Origin: Escherichia coli
GTDB taxonomy: Bacteria; Pseudomonadota; Gammaproteobacteria; Enterobacterales; Enterobacteriaceae
Assembly: GCF_003991155.1 (NCBI RefSeq)
Contig: NZ_CP031293.1
DNA length: 64,000 nt
Strand: one strand, 5' to 3'
Position numbers and translations under genes: made by a program. The notes below the pieces were generated by a model, which saw only the letters and a list, made by a program, of their open reading frames with translations, had not been told where the DNA came from and ran no database searches. The number at the start of each line of letters is the position of its first letter. The first letter of the stretch is position 1. Shown here piece by piece: positions 32,721 to 43,871 of the stretch.

Positions 32721-33060
32721 AGAGCGTGCACCAGCCATCGTCGTCATGGAGATCGGTAACTGCATCACTATATGGGATGAGGTGCTTCTTGGCATTGAAG
32801 AGGAAGGTATTCCCTTTCGCATTCAACACATTCCGTCAGGTGAAGTTATCGATAGCGCCTGGCTGGCTGCTCGTCAATCTCCCCTGTTGGTTGGCATTGC
32901 CTGCGATCAGGAAAAACTGATTGTGCATTACAAAAACTTACCACCATCAGCGCCACTGTTTACGCTGATGTATCAACAAGATAACCATGCCCGGCGCAGC
33001 ATCGGCACTAACGCTGCCCGCCTGGTAAAAGGAATTCCCTTCCGGGAATTCCACTCATAA
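32710..33060 (+). CDS. pduH: diol dehydratase reactivase small subunit PduH
   Basis: 116 aa, overlaps pduG end. Confidence 0.8.
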   Translation: MESKERAPAIVVMEIGNCITIWDEVLLGIEEEGIPFRIQHIPSGEVIDSAWLAARQSPLLVGIACDQEKLIVHYKNLPPSAPLFTLMYQQDNHARRSIGTNAARLVKGIPFREFHS

Positions 33061-33079
33061 TCCACAGGAGAAACGCAGT

Positions 33080-33355
33080 ATGAACAACGCACTAGGACTG
33101 GTTGAAACAAAAGGGTTAGTTGGCGCAATTGAAGCTGCAGATGCCATGGTTAAATCCGCCAACGTGCAGCTGGTTGGCTATGAAAAGATTGGTTCGGGTC
33201 TGATTACGGTGATGGTCCGCGGTGATGTTGGTGCAGTAAAGGCCGCCGTGGATGCGGGGAGCGCTGCGGCAAGCGCAGTTGGCGAAGTGAAATCCTGCCA
33301 TGTCATCCCGCGCCCACACAGTGATGTTGAGGCTATTTTACCTAAATCGGCATAA
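33080..33355 (+). CDS. pduJ: BMC shell protein PduJ
   Basis: 91-aa BMC-domain protein, near-paralog of PduA. Confidence 0.9.
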   Translation: MNNALGLVETKGLVGAIEAADAMVKSANVQLVGYEKIGSGLITVMVRGDVGAVKAAVDAGSAAASAVGEVKSCHVIPRPHSDVEAILPKSA

Positions 33356-33378
33356 CCCCATTTGCTAAGGAGCACAGC

Positions 33379-33801
33379 GTGAAGCAATCACTGGGATTAC
33401 TTGAAGTCAGTGGTCTGGCACTCGCCATCAGTTGCGCAGATGCTATGGCAAAAGCCGCGTCCATCACGCTGGTTGGCCTTGAGAAGACCAATGGCTCAGG
33501 CTGGACGCTCATCAAAATCACCGGTGACGTCGCCTCGGTTAATGCGGCGATCGCGACGGGAGCCAGTTTCGCCGGACAGCGAAATGGCCTCGTCGCACAC
33601 AAAGTGATTGCCCGTCCGGGAGACGGCATTCTGCCCCACACAACTAAAGCATTGACTGTGACGGTTGAAACAAGCGAAACACCAGCAACAACCGTCATCT
33701 CAGAGATTATCAGTTGTAATTTGTGTCTTGACCCGGCATGTCAGCGGCAAAAAGGTGAGCCCCGCTCACTTTGCCTGCACGCCAATAAGCGAGGGGAGTA
33801 A
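33379..33801 (+). CDS. pduK: BMC shell protein PduK
   Basis: BMC domain plus C-terminal Cys-rich tail (CNLCLDPACQRQ). Confidence 0.8.
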   Translation: MKQSLGLLEVSGLALAISCADAMAKAASITLVGLEKTNGSGWTLIKITGDVASVNAAIATGASFAGQRNGLVAHKVIARPGDGILPHTTKALTVTVETSETPATTVISEIISCNLCLDPACQRQKGEPRSLCLHANKRGE

Positions 33802-33803
33802 CA

Positions 33804-34436
33804 GTGGATAAACAAACCTTGCAGGAAACAGTGAGCCAGATTCTGGATGAGATGCGCGAGCGCCCTATCCCTCTGGGTGTTTCCAGTCGTCATATTCATC
33901 TTTCAACAGCGGATTATTTGCGTCTTTTTCCTGAACAACCGATTAGCGAGAAAAAGCCGTTAATGCAACCTGGCCAATTCGCTGCTGAACAGGTTGTTAC
34001 GCTGGAGGGACCAAAAGGTAAATTGCACAACGTTCGCTTGTTGGGGCCGCTACGCAATGCAAGCCAGGTGGAAATTTCCCGGACGGACGCCAGAACGTTA
34101 GGGATCACCGCCCCGCTACGCATGTCAGGCGATCTCAGCGGCACTCCAGGGATTCGTTTGGTAAGCCCATTTGCGGAACTGGAGATCACATCTGGCGTCA
34201 TTGTCGCGCAACGGCATATTCATATGTCTCCGCTGGATGCCCTGATTTATGGCGTTACGCATGGCGATAAAGTGGCGGTTGCCATTGAAGGTGATGAGCG
34301 ACGACTGATATTCGAAAACGTCGCTGTTCGCGTCTCTCCGGATATGCGTCTTGAAATGCATATTGATACCGATGAAGCCAACGCCGCAGGGGCTGATAGC
34401 CCTGACGTTTTTGCCACACTGGTGTCAGTGCCATGA
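33804..34436 (+). CDS. pduL: phosphate propanoyltransferase PduL
   Basis: 210 aa in PduL position. Confidence 0.8.
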   Translation: MDKQTLQETVSQILDEMRERPIPLGVSSRHIHLSTADYLRLFPEQPISEKKPLMQPGQFAAEQVVTLEGPKGKLHNVRLLGPLRNASQVEISRTDARTLGITAPLRMSGDLSGTPGIRLVSPFAELEITSGVIVAQRHIHMSPLDALIYGVTHGDKVAVAIEGDERRLIFENVAVRVSPDMRLEMHIDTDEANAAGADSPDVFATLVSVP

Positions 34437-34924
34437 ATAACATGCTGATGCAACGTATTGTTGACGAAGTGGTTTTTCGCCTTAAACAACGTGCGGGAAA
34501 AACACTCGTGCTGACTGTTTTTCAACTGCGAGACGCCAGCGTTCAAGAGATAGTTCATCAGTATGCATCATTACAAATCCGATATGTCGATCTGCCGTTG
34601 TTACGACAACTTGCGGAGAACAAAACGTCAGATCGAGCAGCAATTCAGATACACGAAGCGTTAGCCTGGGGATTGCACATTCAATTGTCGTTGCAGCGTC
34701 ATTTCCTGAACGCCATTGAATTGAAGACTCTCGCCCGTCTACCGCTAAGCTGGTGCGACGAGCAAGGGCAACCGATCTACCTTCATCGTGATCGACTTTT
34801 AAGTTATGCCGATATTGCACAGTTAAGCTCGGGAATACTGGTGTTACAGCGAAAATGTTGTGTGACCGCACTGGCTCGTGAAGCGGCAATTACCCGAAAT
34901 ATTCAGTTAATCAGGCAGGAGTAA
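34433..34924 (+). CDS. pduM: microcompartment protein PduM
   Basis: 163 aa in PduM position. Confidence 0.75.
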   Translation: MNNMLMQRIVDEVVFRLKQRAGKTLVLTVFQLRDASVQEIVHQYASLQIRYVDLPLLRQLAENKTSDRAAIQIHEALAWGLHIQLSLQRHFLNAIELKTLARLPLSWCDEQGQPIYLHRDRLLSYADIAQLSSGILVLQRKCCVTALAREAAITRNIQLIRQE

Positions 34925-34927
34925 CCT

Positions 34928-35203
34928 ATGCATCTGGCTCGAGTCACTGGCGCGGTAGTATCCACGCAAAAATCACCTTCTCTGATCGGGAAAAAACTGC
35001 TGCTGGTTCGCCGGGTCAGTGCTGACGGCGAACTGCCTCTCACGCCATTAACCGGCGACGAAGTTGCCGTTGATTCCGTCGGCGCAGGCGTTGGTGAGTT
35101 GGTACTCCTCAGCAGTGGTTCCAGCGCCAGACATGTGTTTTCCGGCCCTAACGAGGCCATCGACCTGGCAGTGGTCGGCATTGTCGATACGCTTTCGCGC
35201 TAA
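34928..35203 (+). CDS. pduN: BMC vertex protein PduN (EutN/CcmL family)
   Basis: 91 aa, [15 protein letters not shown] EutN/CcmL-like N-terminus. Confidence 0.85.
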   Translation: MHLARVTGAVVSTQKSPSLIGKKLLLVRRVSADGELPLTPLTGDEVAVDSVGAGVGELVLLSSGSSARHVFSGPNEAIDLAVVGIVDTLSR

Positions 35204-35214
35204 GGAGCTGAAAG

Positions 35215-36222
35215 ATGGCAATTTATACCCGAACAGGTGATTCAGGAAGTACGTCTTTATTTACCGGACAGCGCGTCAGCAAAACTCATCTACGTGTCGA
35301 AACCTATGGCACGCTGGATGAACTGAACGCGACACTCAGTCTGTGTTATTGCGCCACCGCCATCGAAAGCCATCGCATCTTACTGGAAGCCATTCAACAA
35401 CAGATATTTTGGTTTAGCGCCGAACTCGCCAGTGAAAGCGAACAGCCGTCAGCGCAGCAGCGTTACATCGGTACGGAAGAAATTGCCGCGCTGGAAAACG
35501 CGATCGATAGCGCAATGAACGCCGTCCCCCCGGTTCACAGCTTCATTCTGCCTGGTCGATGTGAAGCTGCAAGCCGCATGCATTTCGCCCGCACGGTGGC
35601 TCGACGGGCTGAAAGACGTCTGGTTGAACTGACAACAGAAACCACCGTCCGGAATGTTTTGCTGCACTATATCAACCGACTTTCCGATTGCCTGTATGCC
35701 CTCGCCCGCGTGGAAGACAACGTTGCTCATCAAAACCTGATGATTCAGGAAATCACAAAACGTTATCACGAAGCCAACCACACACCAGCATTGAAGGAAC
35801 GCACAATGCCGCTCACTTTTCAGGATCTTCACCAGCTCATTCGTAGTGCGGCAATGCGCGCAGATGAACTGCATATTCCCGTTGTCATCAGCATTGTTGA
35901 TGCCAACGGAACAGAAAGTGTTACCTGGCGGATGCCTGATGCCCTGTTGGTCAGCAGTGAACTGGCACCGAAAAAAGCCTGGACCGCCGTGGCGATGAAA
36001 ACGGCAACCCACAAACTTGCTGATACCGTGCAACCCGGCGCGCCGCTTTACGGGCTCGAAAGCCATATGCAAGGCAAAGTCGTCACTTTTGGTGGCGGCT
36101 TCCCCCTCTGGCGTGACGGAAAATTGCTTGGCGGGCTTGGCATCAGCGGCGGTAGCGTTGAACAAGACATGGATATTGCCCAAAGCGCAATGGCGGCAAT
36201 TAACGTGGGAGTAAACCAATGA
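35215..36222 (+). CDS. pduO: ATP:cob(I)alamin adenosyltransferase PduO
   Basis: N-terminal MAIYTRTGDSGSTSL PduO-type adenosyltransferase signature plus C-terminal domain. Confidence 0.85.
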   Translation: MAIYTRTGDSGSTSLFTGQRVSKTHLRVETYGTLDELNATLSLCYCATAIESHRILLEAIQQQIFWFSAELASESEQPSAQQRYIGTEEIAALENAIDSAMNAVPPVHSFILPGRCEAASRMHFARTVARRAERRLVELTTETTVRNVLLHYINRLSDCLYALARVEDNVAHQNLMIQEITKRYHEANHTPALKERTMPLTFQDLHQLIRSAAMRADELHIPVVISIVDANGTESVTWRMPDALLVSSELAPKKAWTAVAMKTATHKLADTVQPGAPLYGLESHMQGKVVTFGGGFPLWRDGKLLGGLGISGGSVEQDMDIAQSAMAAINVGVNQ

Positions 36223-37604
36223 ATAACTCTGAATTAGAAACACTGATCCGCAATATTCTGCGTGAGCAGCTTGCCCCCGCTACGCAACGAGCGCAAAGAA
36301 ACGCTATTTTCCAGACTGTTGATGAAGCGGTCTGCGCAGCGCACCAGGCCTTTTTACGCTTTCAACAGTGCCCGCTTAAAACCCGTAGCGCCATTATCAG
36401 CGCCATTCGCGAAGAATTAATGCCCCGCCTTACCGAACTGGCAGAAGAAAGCGCCAGTGAAACAGGGATGGGAAATAAAGAGGATAAGTATCTAAAGAAC
36501 AAAGCAGCACTCAATAATACGCCAGGAATTGAAGATTTAACCACCACTGCACTAACCGGTGATGGTGGCATGGTTTTGTTTGAATACTCCCCGTTTGGGG
36601 TTATTGGCTCGGTCACGCCAAGCACCAACCCCACGGAAACCATCATTAACAACAGCATCAGCATGCTGGCAGCAGGTAATAGCGTCTACTTCAGTCCACA
36701 CCCGGGAGCCAAATACGTTTCGTTAAAACTGATTACCACAATCGAAGACATCGCGTTTCGCTGTAGTGGCATTCACAACCTGATCGTTACCGTATCTGAA
36801 CCGACCTTTGCCGCCACCGAACAGATGATGGCGCACCCTAAAATCAGCGTTCTGGCGATTACCGGCGGTCCGGGGATCGTCGCCATGGGAATGAAAAGTG
36901 GCAAGAAAGTGATTGGTGCCGGTGCGGGTAACCCTCCGTGCATCGTCGATGAAACGGCGGATATTGTGAAAGCCGCCGAAGATATCATCAACGGCGCTTC
37001 ATTTGATTACAACCTGCCGTGTATCGCTGAAAAAAGCCTGATTGTCGTGGCATCAGTGGCAGAGTATTTAATTCAGCAGATGCAAAGTTTTGGCGCGCTT
37101 CTTCTTAACTATGAGCAAACGGAGAAATTGCGTGCAATTTGCCTGCCAGACGGTAGCGCCAACAAAAAACTGGTTGGGAAAAGCCCATCAGCCTTGCTGG
37201 AAGCGGCAGGCCTCCCTTTGCCCGCAAAAGCGCCGCGCCTACTGATTGCTGTTGTCGACGCCAATGATAGTTGGGTTACTTGTGAACAACTGATGCCAAT
37301 GCTGCCCATTGTGAAGGTCAACGATTTTGATAGCGCTCTCGCCCTGGCGTTGAAAGTGGAAGACGGCTTGCACCACACGGCAATTATGCACTCGCAGAAC
37401 GTCTCACGGCTCAACCTTGCCGCGCGCGTTATGCAAACCTCAATCTTTGTCAAAAACGGCCCCTCTTGGGCGGGTATTGGCGTCGGCGGCGAAGGCTTTA
37501 CGACCTTTACTATTGCAACACCGACCGGAGAAGGGACAACGTCAGCACGGACTTTTGCCCGCTCACGACGCTGTGTGTTAACCAGCGGCTTTTCAATTCG
37601 CTAG
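36219..37604 (+). CDS. pduP: CoA-acylating propionaldehyde dehydrogenase PduP
   Basis: 461 aa aldehyde dehydrogenase-family sequence in PduP position. Confidence 0.85.
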   Translation: MNNSELETLIRNILREQLAPATQRAQRNAIFQTVDEAVCAAHQAFLRFQQCPLKTRSAIISAIREELMPRLTELAEESASETGMGNKEDKYLKNKAALNNTPGIEDLTTTALTGDGGMVLFEYSPFGVIGSVTPSTNPTETIINNSISMLAAGNSVYFSPHPGAKYVSLKLITTIEDIAFRCSGIHNLIVTVSEPTFAATEQMMAHPKISVLAITGGPGIVAMGMKSGKKVIGAGAGNPPCIVDETADIVKAAEDIINGASFDYNLPCIAEKSLIVVASVAEYLIQQMQSFGALLLNYEQTEKLRAICLPDGSANKKLVGKSPSALLEAAGLPLPAKAPRLLIAVVDANDSWVTCEQLMPMLPIVKVNDFDSALALALKVEDGLHHTAIMHSQNVSRLNLAARVMQTSIFVKNGPSWAGIGVGGEGFTTFTIATPTGEGTTSARTFARSRRCVLTSGFSIR

Positions 37605-37614
37605 AGAAACGGAA

Positions 37615-38727
37615 ATGAATACTTTTTCACTGCAGACGCGTTTATACAGCGGACCAGGAAGTCTCAAGGTACTTAGCCGTTTCTCTCATAGACACATCTG
37701 GATTATTTGCGATGCCTTTCTGGCACACTCACCACTCATTGACACGTTGCATCAGGCGCTGCCAGACAGTAATCGTCTCAGTATTTTTAGCGAAATAACG
37801 CCCGACCCAACTATCCAGACCGTGGTGAAAGGCATTGCGCAAATGCAGACTTTACGCCCGGATGTGGTTATCGGTTTTGGCGGCGGTTCTGCCCTGGACG
37901 CCGCAAAAGCGATTGTCTGGTTTGGTCGCCAGTGTGGCATTGAAATTGAAACCTGCGTAGCCATTCCTACCACCAGCGGTACCGGTTCCGAAGTGACCAG
38001 TGCTTGTGTCATCAGCGATCCTGAGAAAGGGATTAAATATCCCCTTTTCGATAATGCACTTTATCCGGATATCGCGATCCTTGATCCATCTCTGGTCGTC
38101 AGCGTGCCACCGGCGATAACGGCCAATACCGGGATGGATGTTTTAACCCATGCGCTTGAAGCTTATGTTTCTCCTCGCGCCAGCGACTTCACGGATGCAC
38201 TGGTCGAAAAAGCCGTGCAAATTGTTTTTCAATACCTGCCCACTGCAGTGAAGAAAGGCGATTGTCTCGCCACCCGTGGCAAAATGCATAATGCATCGAC
38301 ACTTGCAGGAATGGCCTTTAGCCAGGCTGGACTGGGATTAAACCATGCAATTGCTCATCAACTCGGCGGACAGTTTCATCTGCCACACGGCCTGGCGAAT
38401 GCGCTCCTGCTCACGGCGGTTATCCGCTTTAATGCTGGCGATCCGCGCGCTGCCAAACGCTACGCCCGGCTGGCGAAAACGTGCCATTTATGCCCGGACA
38501 ACGCCAATGACACCGCCAGCCTGAATGCACTTATTCAACATATTGAACAGCTTAAAACAACCTGTACGCTGCCGACTCTTACCAATGCGCTGAAAGAAAA
38601 AAAAGCAGAATGGTCAATACGCATACCAGATATGGTTCAGGCGGCACTGGCGGATGCAACGTTGCGTACCAACCCGCGTGCGGCTGATGCCTCCGCGATT
38701 GCAGAACTGCTCGAGGAGTTGTTATGA
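37615..38727 (+). CDS. pduQ: propanol dehydrogenase PduQ (iron-containing alcohol dehydrogenase)
   Basis: Fe-ADH motifs (GFGGGSALDAAKA; HAIAHQLGG). Confidence 0.85.
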   Translation: MNTFSLQTRLYSGPGSLKVLSRFSHRHIWIICDAFLAHSPLIDTLHQALPDSNRLSIFSEITPDPTIQTVVKGIAQMQTLRPDVVIGFGGGSALDAAKAIVWFGRQCGIEIETCVAIPTTSGTGSEVTSACVISDPEKGIKYPLFDNALYPDIAILDPSLVVSVPPAITANTGMDVLTHALEAYVSPRASDFTDALVEKAVQIVFQYLPTAVKKGDCLATRGKMHNASTLAGMAFSQAGLGLNHAIAHQLGGQFHLPHGLANALLLTAVIRFNAGDPRAAKRYARLAKTCHLCPDNANDTASLNALIQHIEQLKTTCTLPTLTNALKEKKAEWSIRIPDMVQAALADATLRTNPRAADASAIAELLEELL

Positions 38728-40067
38728 ACGTCGAGTTAACCTCCTGCGACGACCAGACCATCCGCGAGCGAGTACAGGCAGCAGGTGTCGTGGGTGCTGG
38801 CGGGGCAGGTTTTCCAACCCATATTAAGCTACAAGCGCGTGTTGACACGTTCCTGGTGAATGCGGCGGAATGCGAACCCATGTTGAAAGTGGATCAACAG
38901 TTAATGGTGCAGCAAGCCAGCCGCCTGCTTCGCGGTGTTCACTATGCGATGAAAGCCACCGGGGCCAGTAGCGGAATCATCGCGCTGAAAGAGAAATATC
39001 AACGGGCAATAAACGCACTCACACCACTGTTACCACCGGATATCCGCCTGCATATTTTGCCCGATGTTTACCCCGCAGGAGACGAAGTGCTGACCATCTG
39101 GATGGCAACTGGTCGCCGCGTTCCACCCGCTGCATTACCCGTTAGCGTCGGTGTGGTGGTCAATAATGTTCAAACCGTACTTAATATTGCCAGAGCCGTC
39201 GAGCAACAGTATCCAGTGACGCGCCGCACACTCACTATTAATGGTGCAGTGGCGAAACCAATAACGGTAACCGTCCCCATCGGCATGTCTTTCCGTGAAG
39301 TCCTGGCGCTGGCGGGCGGCGCAACAGTAGATGCTCCTGGTTTTATCAATGGCGGGCCGATGATGGGAAGTTTGATCACATCGCTCGACACACCCGTCAG
39401 CAAAACCACTGGCGGCTTGCTGGTTTTACCCAACTCTCATTCACTGATCCAACGTCGAATGCAGAATGACCGCAGCGTACTTACCGTCGCGAAAACTGTT
39501 TGTGAGCAATGCCGCTTGTGTACCGATCTCTGCCCACGTCATTTAGTCGGTCACGAACTGGCCCCCCATTTATTAGTACGTGCGGTTAACTACCAACAGC
39601 TCGCTACGCCACAACTGTTACTGACGGCGCTCACCTGTTCGGAGTGCAACGTCTGCGCCAGCGTCGCCTGTCCGGTAGGAATTTTACCAATGCGCATAAA
39701 CCGCCTGCTTAAGCAGGAATTACGCGCACAAAATCTCCGCTACGAAGGTGCCTTAAATCCTGCAGATCCCTTGGCAAATTATCGACTGGTTCCCGTAAAA
39801 CGGCTGGTAACCAGACTGGGCTTAACCCCGTGGTATCAGGATGCGCCATTGTCTGAACAGGTGCCTCAGCCCGAAAAAGTGACGTTATTGTTACGCCAGC
39901 ACATCGGTGCCAGCGCAATTGCGTGTGTACAAAAAGGCGATCGCGTCGTTCATGGGCAATGTGTAGGTCAAATTCCACACGGCACATTAGGTGCCCCCAT
40001 TCATGCCAGTATTGATGGCATGGTCAGCGATGTGACAGAAAACGCGATTACGCTTGTGAGAGGTTAA
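38724..40067 (+). CDS. pduS: cobalamin reductase PduS (Fe-S flavoprotein)
   Basis: Two Cys clusters [12 protein letters not shown] and [13 protein letters not shown]; 447 aa. Confidence 0.85.
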   Translation: MNVELTSCDDQTIRERVQAAGVVGAGGAGFPTHIKLQARVDTFLVNAAECEPMLKVDQQLMVQQASRLLRGVHYAMKATGASSGIIALKEKYQRAINALTPLLPPDIRLHILPDVYPAGDEVLTIWMATGRRVPPAALPVSVGVVVNNVQTVLNIARAVEQQYPVTRRTLTINGAVAKPITVTVPIGMSFREVLALAGGATVDAPGFINGGPMMGSLITSLDTPVSKTTGGLLVLPNSHSLIQRRMQNDRSVLTVAKTVCEQCRLCTDLCPRHLVGHELAPHLLVRAVNYQQLATPQLLLTALTCSECNVCASVACPVGILPMRINRLLKQELRAQNLRYEGALNPADPLANYRLVPVKRLVTRLGLTPWYQDAPLSEQVPQPEKVTLLLRQHIGASAIACVQKGDRVVHGQCVGQIPHGTLGAPIHASIDGMVSDVTENAITLVRG

Positions 40068-40069
40068 CG

Positions 40070-40624
40070 ATGTCGAAAGCGGTAGGTATTTTAGAACTTA
40101 GCAGTATCGCGAAAGGGATGGAAACCGGCGACGCCATGCTGAAAAGCGCCAACGTTGAGTTACTGGTCAGCAAAACGCTATGCCCCGGAAAATTTCTGCT
40201 GATGCTCGGTGGCGATGTGGGCGCGGTGCAACAGGCCATCAACAGCGGTGCTTCCCTTGCTGGTGAAATGCTGGTCGACAGTCTTGTCCTGCCGAATATT
40301 CATCCCAGTCTCCTTTCTGCAATCAGCGGACTGAACCAAGTTGAACAGCACCGGGCTGTCGGCGTAGTCGAAACCTGGAGTGTCGCCGCCTGCATTGACG
40401 CTGCCGATTGTGCTGTCAAAGCTGCGAATGTCATTCTTGTTCGCGTGCATATGGCTTTTGGCATTGGCGGTAAATGCTACATGGTGGTTGCTGGCGATAT
40501 TTCAGATGTTAATAACGCGGTCTCTGTCGCCAGCGAGCGTGCGGGAGAAAAAGGTTTGTTGGTCTATCGGTCGGTGATTGCCCGTCCACATGAAGCCATG
40601 TGGCGTCAGATGGTGGAGGGATAA
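40070..40624 (+). CDS. pduT: BMC shell protein PduT (tandem BMC domain)
   Basis: 184 aa tandem BMC protein. Confidence 0.85.
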   Translation: MSKAVGILELSSIAKGMETGDAMLKSANVELLVSKTLCPGKFLLMLGGDVGAVQQAINSGASLAGEMLVDSLVLPNIHPSLLSAISGLNQVEQHRAVGVVETWSVAACIDAADCAVKAANVILVRVHMAFGIGGKCYMVVAGDISDVNNAVSVASERAGEKGLLVYRSVIARPHEAMWRQMVEG

Positions 40625-40974
40625 TGACAACTCAGCACACAACTGAACGGATGATTCAGGAATATGTCCCTGGTAAGCAGGTCACGCTGGCACATGTCAT
40701 CGCCAATCCAGGGAAGGATCTGTTTAAGAAATTGGGTTTACCAGACACCGTTTCTGCTATTGGCATTCTGACGATTACCCCCAGCGAAGCATCTATCATC
40801 GCATGCGATATCGCCACAAAATCAGGCGCTGTAGAGATCGGTTTTCTTGATCGTTTTACCGGTGCCGTAGTGCTGACTGGTGATGTTTCTGCCATTGAAT
40901 ATGCACTTAGCCAGGTTACCCGTACGCTGGGTGAAATGATGCGCTTTACCACCTGCCCCATTACGCGGACCTGA
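40624..40974 (+). CDS. pduU: BMC shell protein PduU
   Basis: 116 aa from the ATG that overlaps the pduT stop (TAATG). Confidence 0.8.
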   Translation: MTTQHTTERMIQEYVPGKQVTLAHVIANPGKDLFKKLGLPDTVSAIGILTITPSEASIIACDIATKSGAVEIGFLDRFTGAVVLTGDVSAIEYALSQVTRTLGEMMRFTTCPITRT

Positions 40975-40978
40975 CGTT

Positions 40979-41422
40979 ATGCAACGTATGATGCTTATCG
41001 GCCCCAGCCAGTGCGGAAAAACGTCACTCACGCAATGTCTGCGTGGCGAAAATATCCATTATCAGAAAACGCAGGCAATCGTCTGGTCCCCGACCACCAT
41101 TGATACACCAGGCGAATACCTCGAAAACCGCAGCCTCTACAGTGCATTGTTGGTCAGTGCCTGCGAAGCAGACATTATCGCGCTGGTACTTAATGCGGAC
41201 GCACCGTGGTCACCTTTTTCGCCAGGCTTTACCTCGTCAATGAATCGCCCGGTCATTGGAGTAGTAACCAAAGCAGATTTAGCCAGTATGGAACAAATAT
41301 CTTTGGTGAAATGTTGGTTACGGGAAGCTGGAGCGCACAACGTGTTAGTAACCAGTGCGGTTAATAACAATGGAGTTACAGAAGTTTTTGCCTTGCTGCA
41401 TACAGAAGAAGGCTGTCGCTAA
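40979..41422 (+). CDS. pduV: GTPase PduV (EutP/PduV family)
   Basis: P-loop [13 protein letters not shown]; last gene of the operon here. Confidence 0.85.
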   Translation: MQRMMLIGPSQCGKTSLTQCLRGENIHYQKTQAIVWSPTTIDTPGEYLENRSLYSALLVSACEADIIALVLNADAPWSPFSPGFTSSMNRPVIGVVTKADLASMEQISLVKCWLREAGAHNVLVTSAVNNNGVTEVFALLHTEEGCR

Positions 41423-41480
41423 TTTCGATAGGTTCTCAGATGAGAATGATGACGGTGATACACAGATAAGAATCAATGAG

Positions 41481-41509
41481 CAATGAGGGTTGCCGGGCAA
41501 CCCTCATTG
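41481..41509. terminator. bidirectional intrinsic terminator between convergent pduV and yeeX
   Basis: Perfect palindrome AATGAGGGTTGCC/GGGCAACCCTCATT flanked by A/T runs. Confidence 0.6.
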
Positions 41510-41522
41510 AATAAAACAGGAA

Positions 41523-41852
41523 TTACTTCGCTTCGCCGTTTTTCATTTCGCCCATAGCTTTCAGCTTTTTGGAGATATCGCGGCGTTCTTTGGAGAGCTC
41601 GGCATTTTTGATGATGTAATCGTCAACGCGATCTTCATAGTCACCTTTCATGCTGGCGATGATGCCCTGGATTGCTTCAACGCTCATCCCTGGCTTGATG
41701 TAATCGCTCAGGTTGTCCAGCAACAGGACGCGCTTCTGGTTGTCACGGATCTTTTTCTCAACGTCCTGAATTTCACGTTGCAGTTTGTTCTTACGACGGA
41801 ACAGACGAACAAATTCCAGTACGTCCTGGAATGAAGGCTTGGTAGTTTCCAT
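41523..41852 (-). CDS. yeeX: DUF496 protein YeeX
   Basis: [30 protein letters not shown]... matches YeeX from memory; start at internal Met of the longer ORF. Confidence 0.8.
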   Translation of the reverse strand: METTKPSFQDVLEFVRLFRRKNKLQREIQDVEKKIRDNQKRVLLLDNLSDYIKPGMSVEAIQGIIASMKGDYEDRVDDYIIKNAELSKERRDISKKLKAMGEMKNGEAK

Positions 41853-42023
41853 TTTTATACCCCTGATAATGTGAGAGTCGGATTCGTTTAAGCAACCGCT
41901 ATTCGTTAGGGCCAACATTACTCATAGCTGCCGCAGATGACAATGCTTTTATCCCTTTTCACTATCATACCCTTTATCCTTGCTGAATCGAAGCAGCAGC
42001 AAGATGATTCTGAAGTTCAGGAA

Positions 42024-43082
42024 TTATTTGCGCAAGGCCCGGCAAATCAGATTCGATAGCAACTCAAGCTGATGTGCCGTTTCCATGTTCAGCCACACAT
42101 AACCATAGATTGGTGTTTCTACGACTTTCAGGTCATGGTGGTTATCGAGCAACTGACGCAACTCTTCCACAGCATCGTTCAATTTTTCCGTATTGGCAAA
42201 AACCGGCTGCGGATTACCTTCGTACAGCGCATGAACAAGGCTCAGCAGTATTTGCTGCATCATGTGCTGGGTATCACGAAGTTTTTGCGCGTTCAATAAC
42301 ACGAAATGGCTGGGGCGCGTGGCCCAGTATGCATTGATTTGCAACTCCAGCATACAAACCAGATTGCGATTAATGGTCTGGATACCTTCATATATCGATT
42401 TGGGAATACGGGTTTCTTTGCTGGCGGGCGCAATCAGCCCACGCATTTTCACGGCATCGGTCAGCAGTTTTTGTAGATGGCTTTCCAGACGTGGGCGTTC
42501 GAGTAAGTTCGGTGAGAATGCAGATTGATAGACCCGATTATACTCGGTCAGACTTTTCGCCAGTTGAATGCGCCAGTGGATGAACGCCCGTTGTGGCCAG
42601 ATACCGGTAAACAACATTGCCAGTAAAGAGCCGAGGATCACATCGCCGCTTCGCCACAACGCCGTATCAATTTCACCTGTCGGGGAACCCACAACAATTG
42701 CCAGCGTCACCCCAATCAATAATCCTTGATACGGTTTCTTGCCCAGCGCCAGCCAACCGCAAAGAAACATCGCCGCCGCGCACCAGACTAACATCAGCGG
42801 TAACGAAATTAACTCCAGTTGCAGAGCGATAAGACCTAAAATCGAACCCAACACCGTACCGCCAATACGTTCGAAGGCACGAGGGACAACGTTACCCCAG
42901 AACGAGATTGGCCCCATAATCACCACCATGGTGACCAGCGGCCAGGTACTTTCCGGGATAGTAAACAGGCGGATAATGAGAAAAGTGAGCAGGAATGCCA
43001 GCGCGACCCGAGTACCATGCACAATGCGGTAATGGCGGTATACCCGGATTTCAAACGGGCTTAATGACTTATCGGCACGCAC
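42024..43082 (-). CDS. yeeA: inner membrane protein YeeA
   Basis: 352-aa membrane protein between yeeX and sbmC, as in E. coli. Confidence 0.75.
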   Translation of the reverse strand: MRADKSLSPFEIRVYRHYRIVHGTRVALAFLLTFLIIRLFTIPESTWPLVTMVVIMGPISFWGNVVPRAFERIGGTVLGSILGLIALQLELISLPLMLVWCAAAMFLCGWLALGKKPYQGLLIGVTLAIVVGSPTGEIDTALWRSGDVILGSLLAMLFTGIWPQRAFIHWRIQLAKSLTEYNRVYQSAFSPNLLERPRLESHLQKLLTDAVKMRGLIAPASKETRIPKSIYEGIQTINRNLVCMLELQINAYWATRPSHFVLLNAQKLRDTQHMMQQILLSLVHALYEGNPQPVFANTEKLNDAVEELRQLLDNHHDLKVVETPIYGYVWLNMETAHQLELLSNLICRALRK

Positions 43083-43279
43083 GCAGAAACTCCGTAATGA
43101 AGATTAAAAGCGCTCATAACTCATCTGTCGGCCAGAAGGCGCGCCTCTGAATTATCCGACGGACATACCGGGAACAGTGTAATTTCCCGGCAGGAGCGAA
43201 AAAATTGAAAGGCGCATCTTACTCTTTTCGCTTTCAAAAAAAGAGTGGTCATCGCGTTAACACACCGCCCTGAGATGAA

Positions 43280-43753
43280 TTAGTGATGTTTTGGCTGCAC
43301 CGCAACATACATTTCGATATCCCAGTACCCATCTTCCGCGCCATTGTTCAAGTAAACCTCGAAGCAGGGCTTTGGTAACATTTCATAGGCACTGTCCTGC
43401 AAGAGGCTATTAAAGAACTGATACCAGGGTTTAGCAAAATCATCACCGACTACACGAGCCACCGCCACCGCATACTGACCACCTGAAATTTCTGTCAGAA
43501 TGACGCCCTCACTGTTTTCGGGGAGCGTAAAGTTATTCGGTACCGTCACGACGGTGTCGCAGCGTAATTTTTCGGCGGGTGTTTCATCTGGATTGTCGTA
43601 ATAGACAGCAACCCACTCCTTCGGCACAATATTTTTGCTATCTATCCACATCATCAACTGCTCAAAACCTTTCTTTACCGTCTGCTCCCACGGGCCAACA
43701 AGATGGAAACCTGCAACGGTACGTTTATCTTCCTGCTTAATCTCGTAGTTCAT
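43280..43753 (-). CDS. sbmC: DNA gyrase inhibitor SbmC (GyrI)
   Basis: 157 aa, [26 protein letters not shown]... Confidence 0.85.
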   Translation of the reverse strand: MNYEIKQEDKRTVAGFHLVGPWEQTVKKGFEQLMMWIDSKNIVPKEWVAVYYDNPDETPAEKLRCDTVVTVPNNFTLPENSEGVILTEISGGQYAVAVARVVGDDFAKPWYQFFNSLLQDSAYEMLPKPCFEVYLNNGAEDGYWDIEMYVAVQPKHH

Positions 43754-43871
43754 GACGCCTCCATTAACACTGTTTTTATATACAGTATAGTTGCAATATT
43801 AAAACCACAAGGAATGAGTGTTGATTATGCGAGCAGACTCGCACTCCTGCCAGTCTGCTGCAAAAGAAAGG

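Noticed and set aside
26864-41422. Numerous 60-135-aa ORFs inside or antisense to pdu genes
   Set aside because: Each lies within a well-supported pdu coding sequence on the same or opposite strand; they are frame artifacts of long GC-balanced genes.
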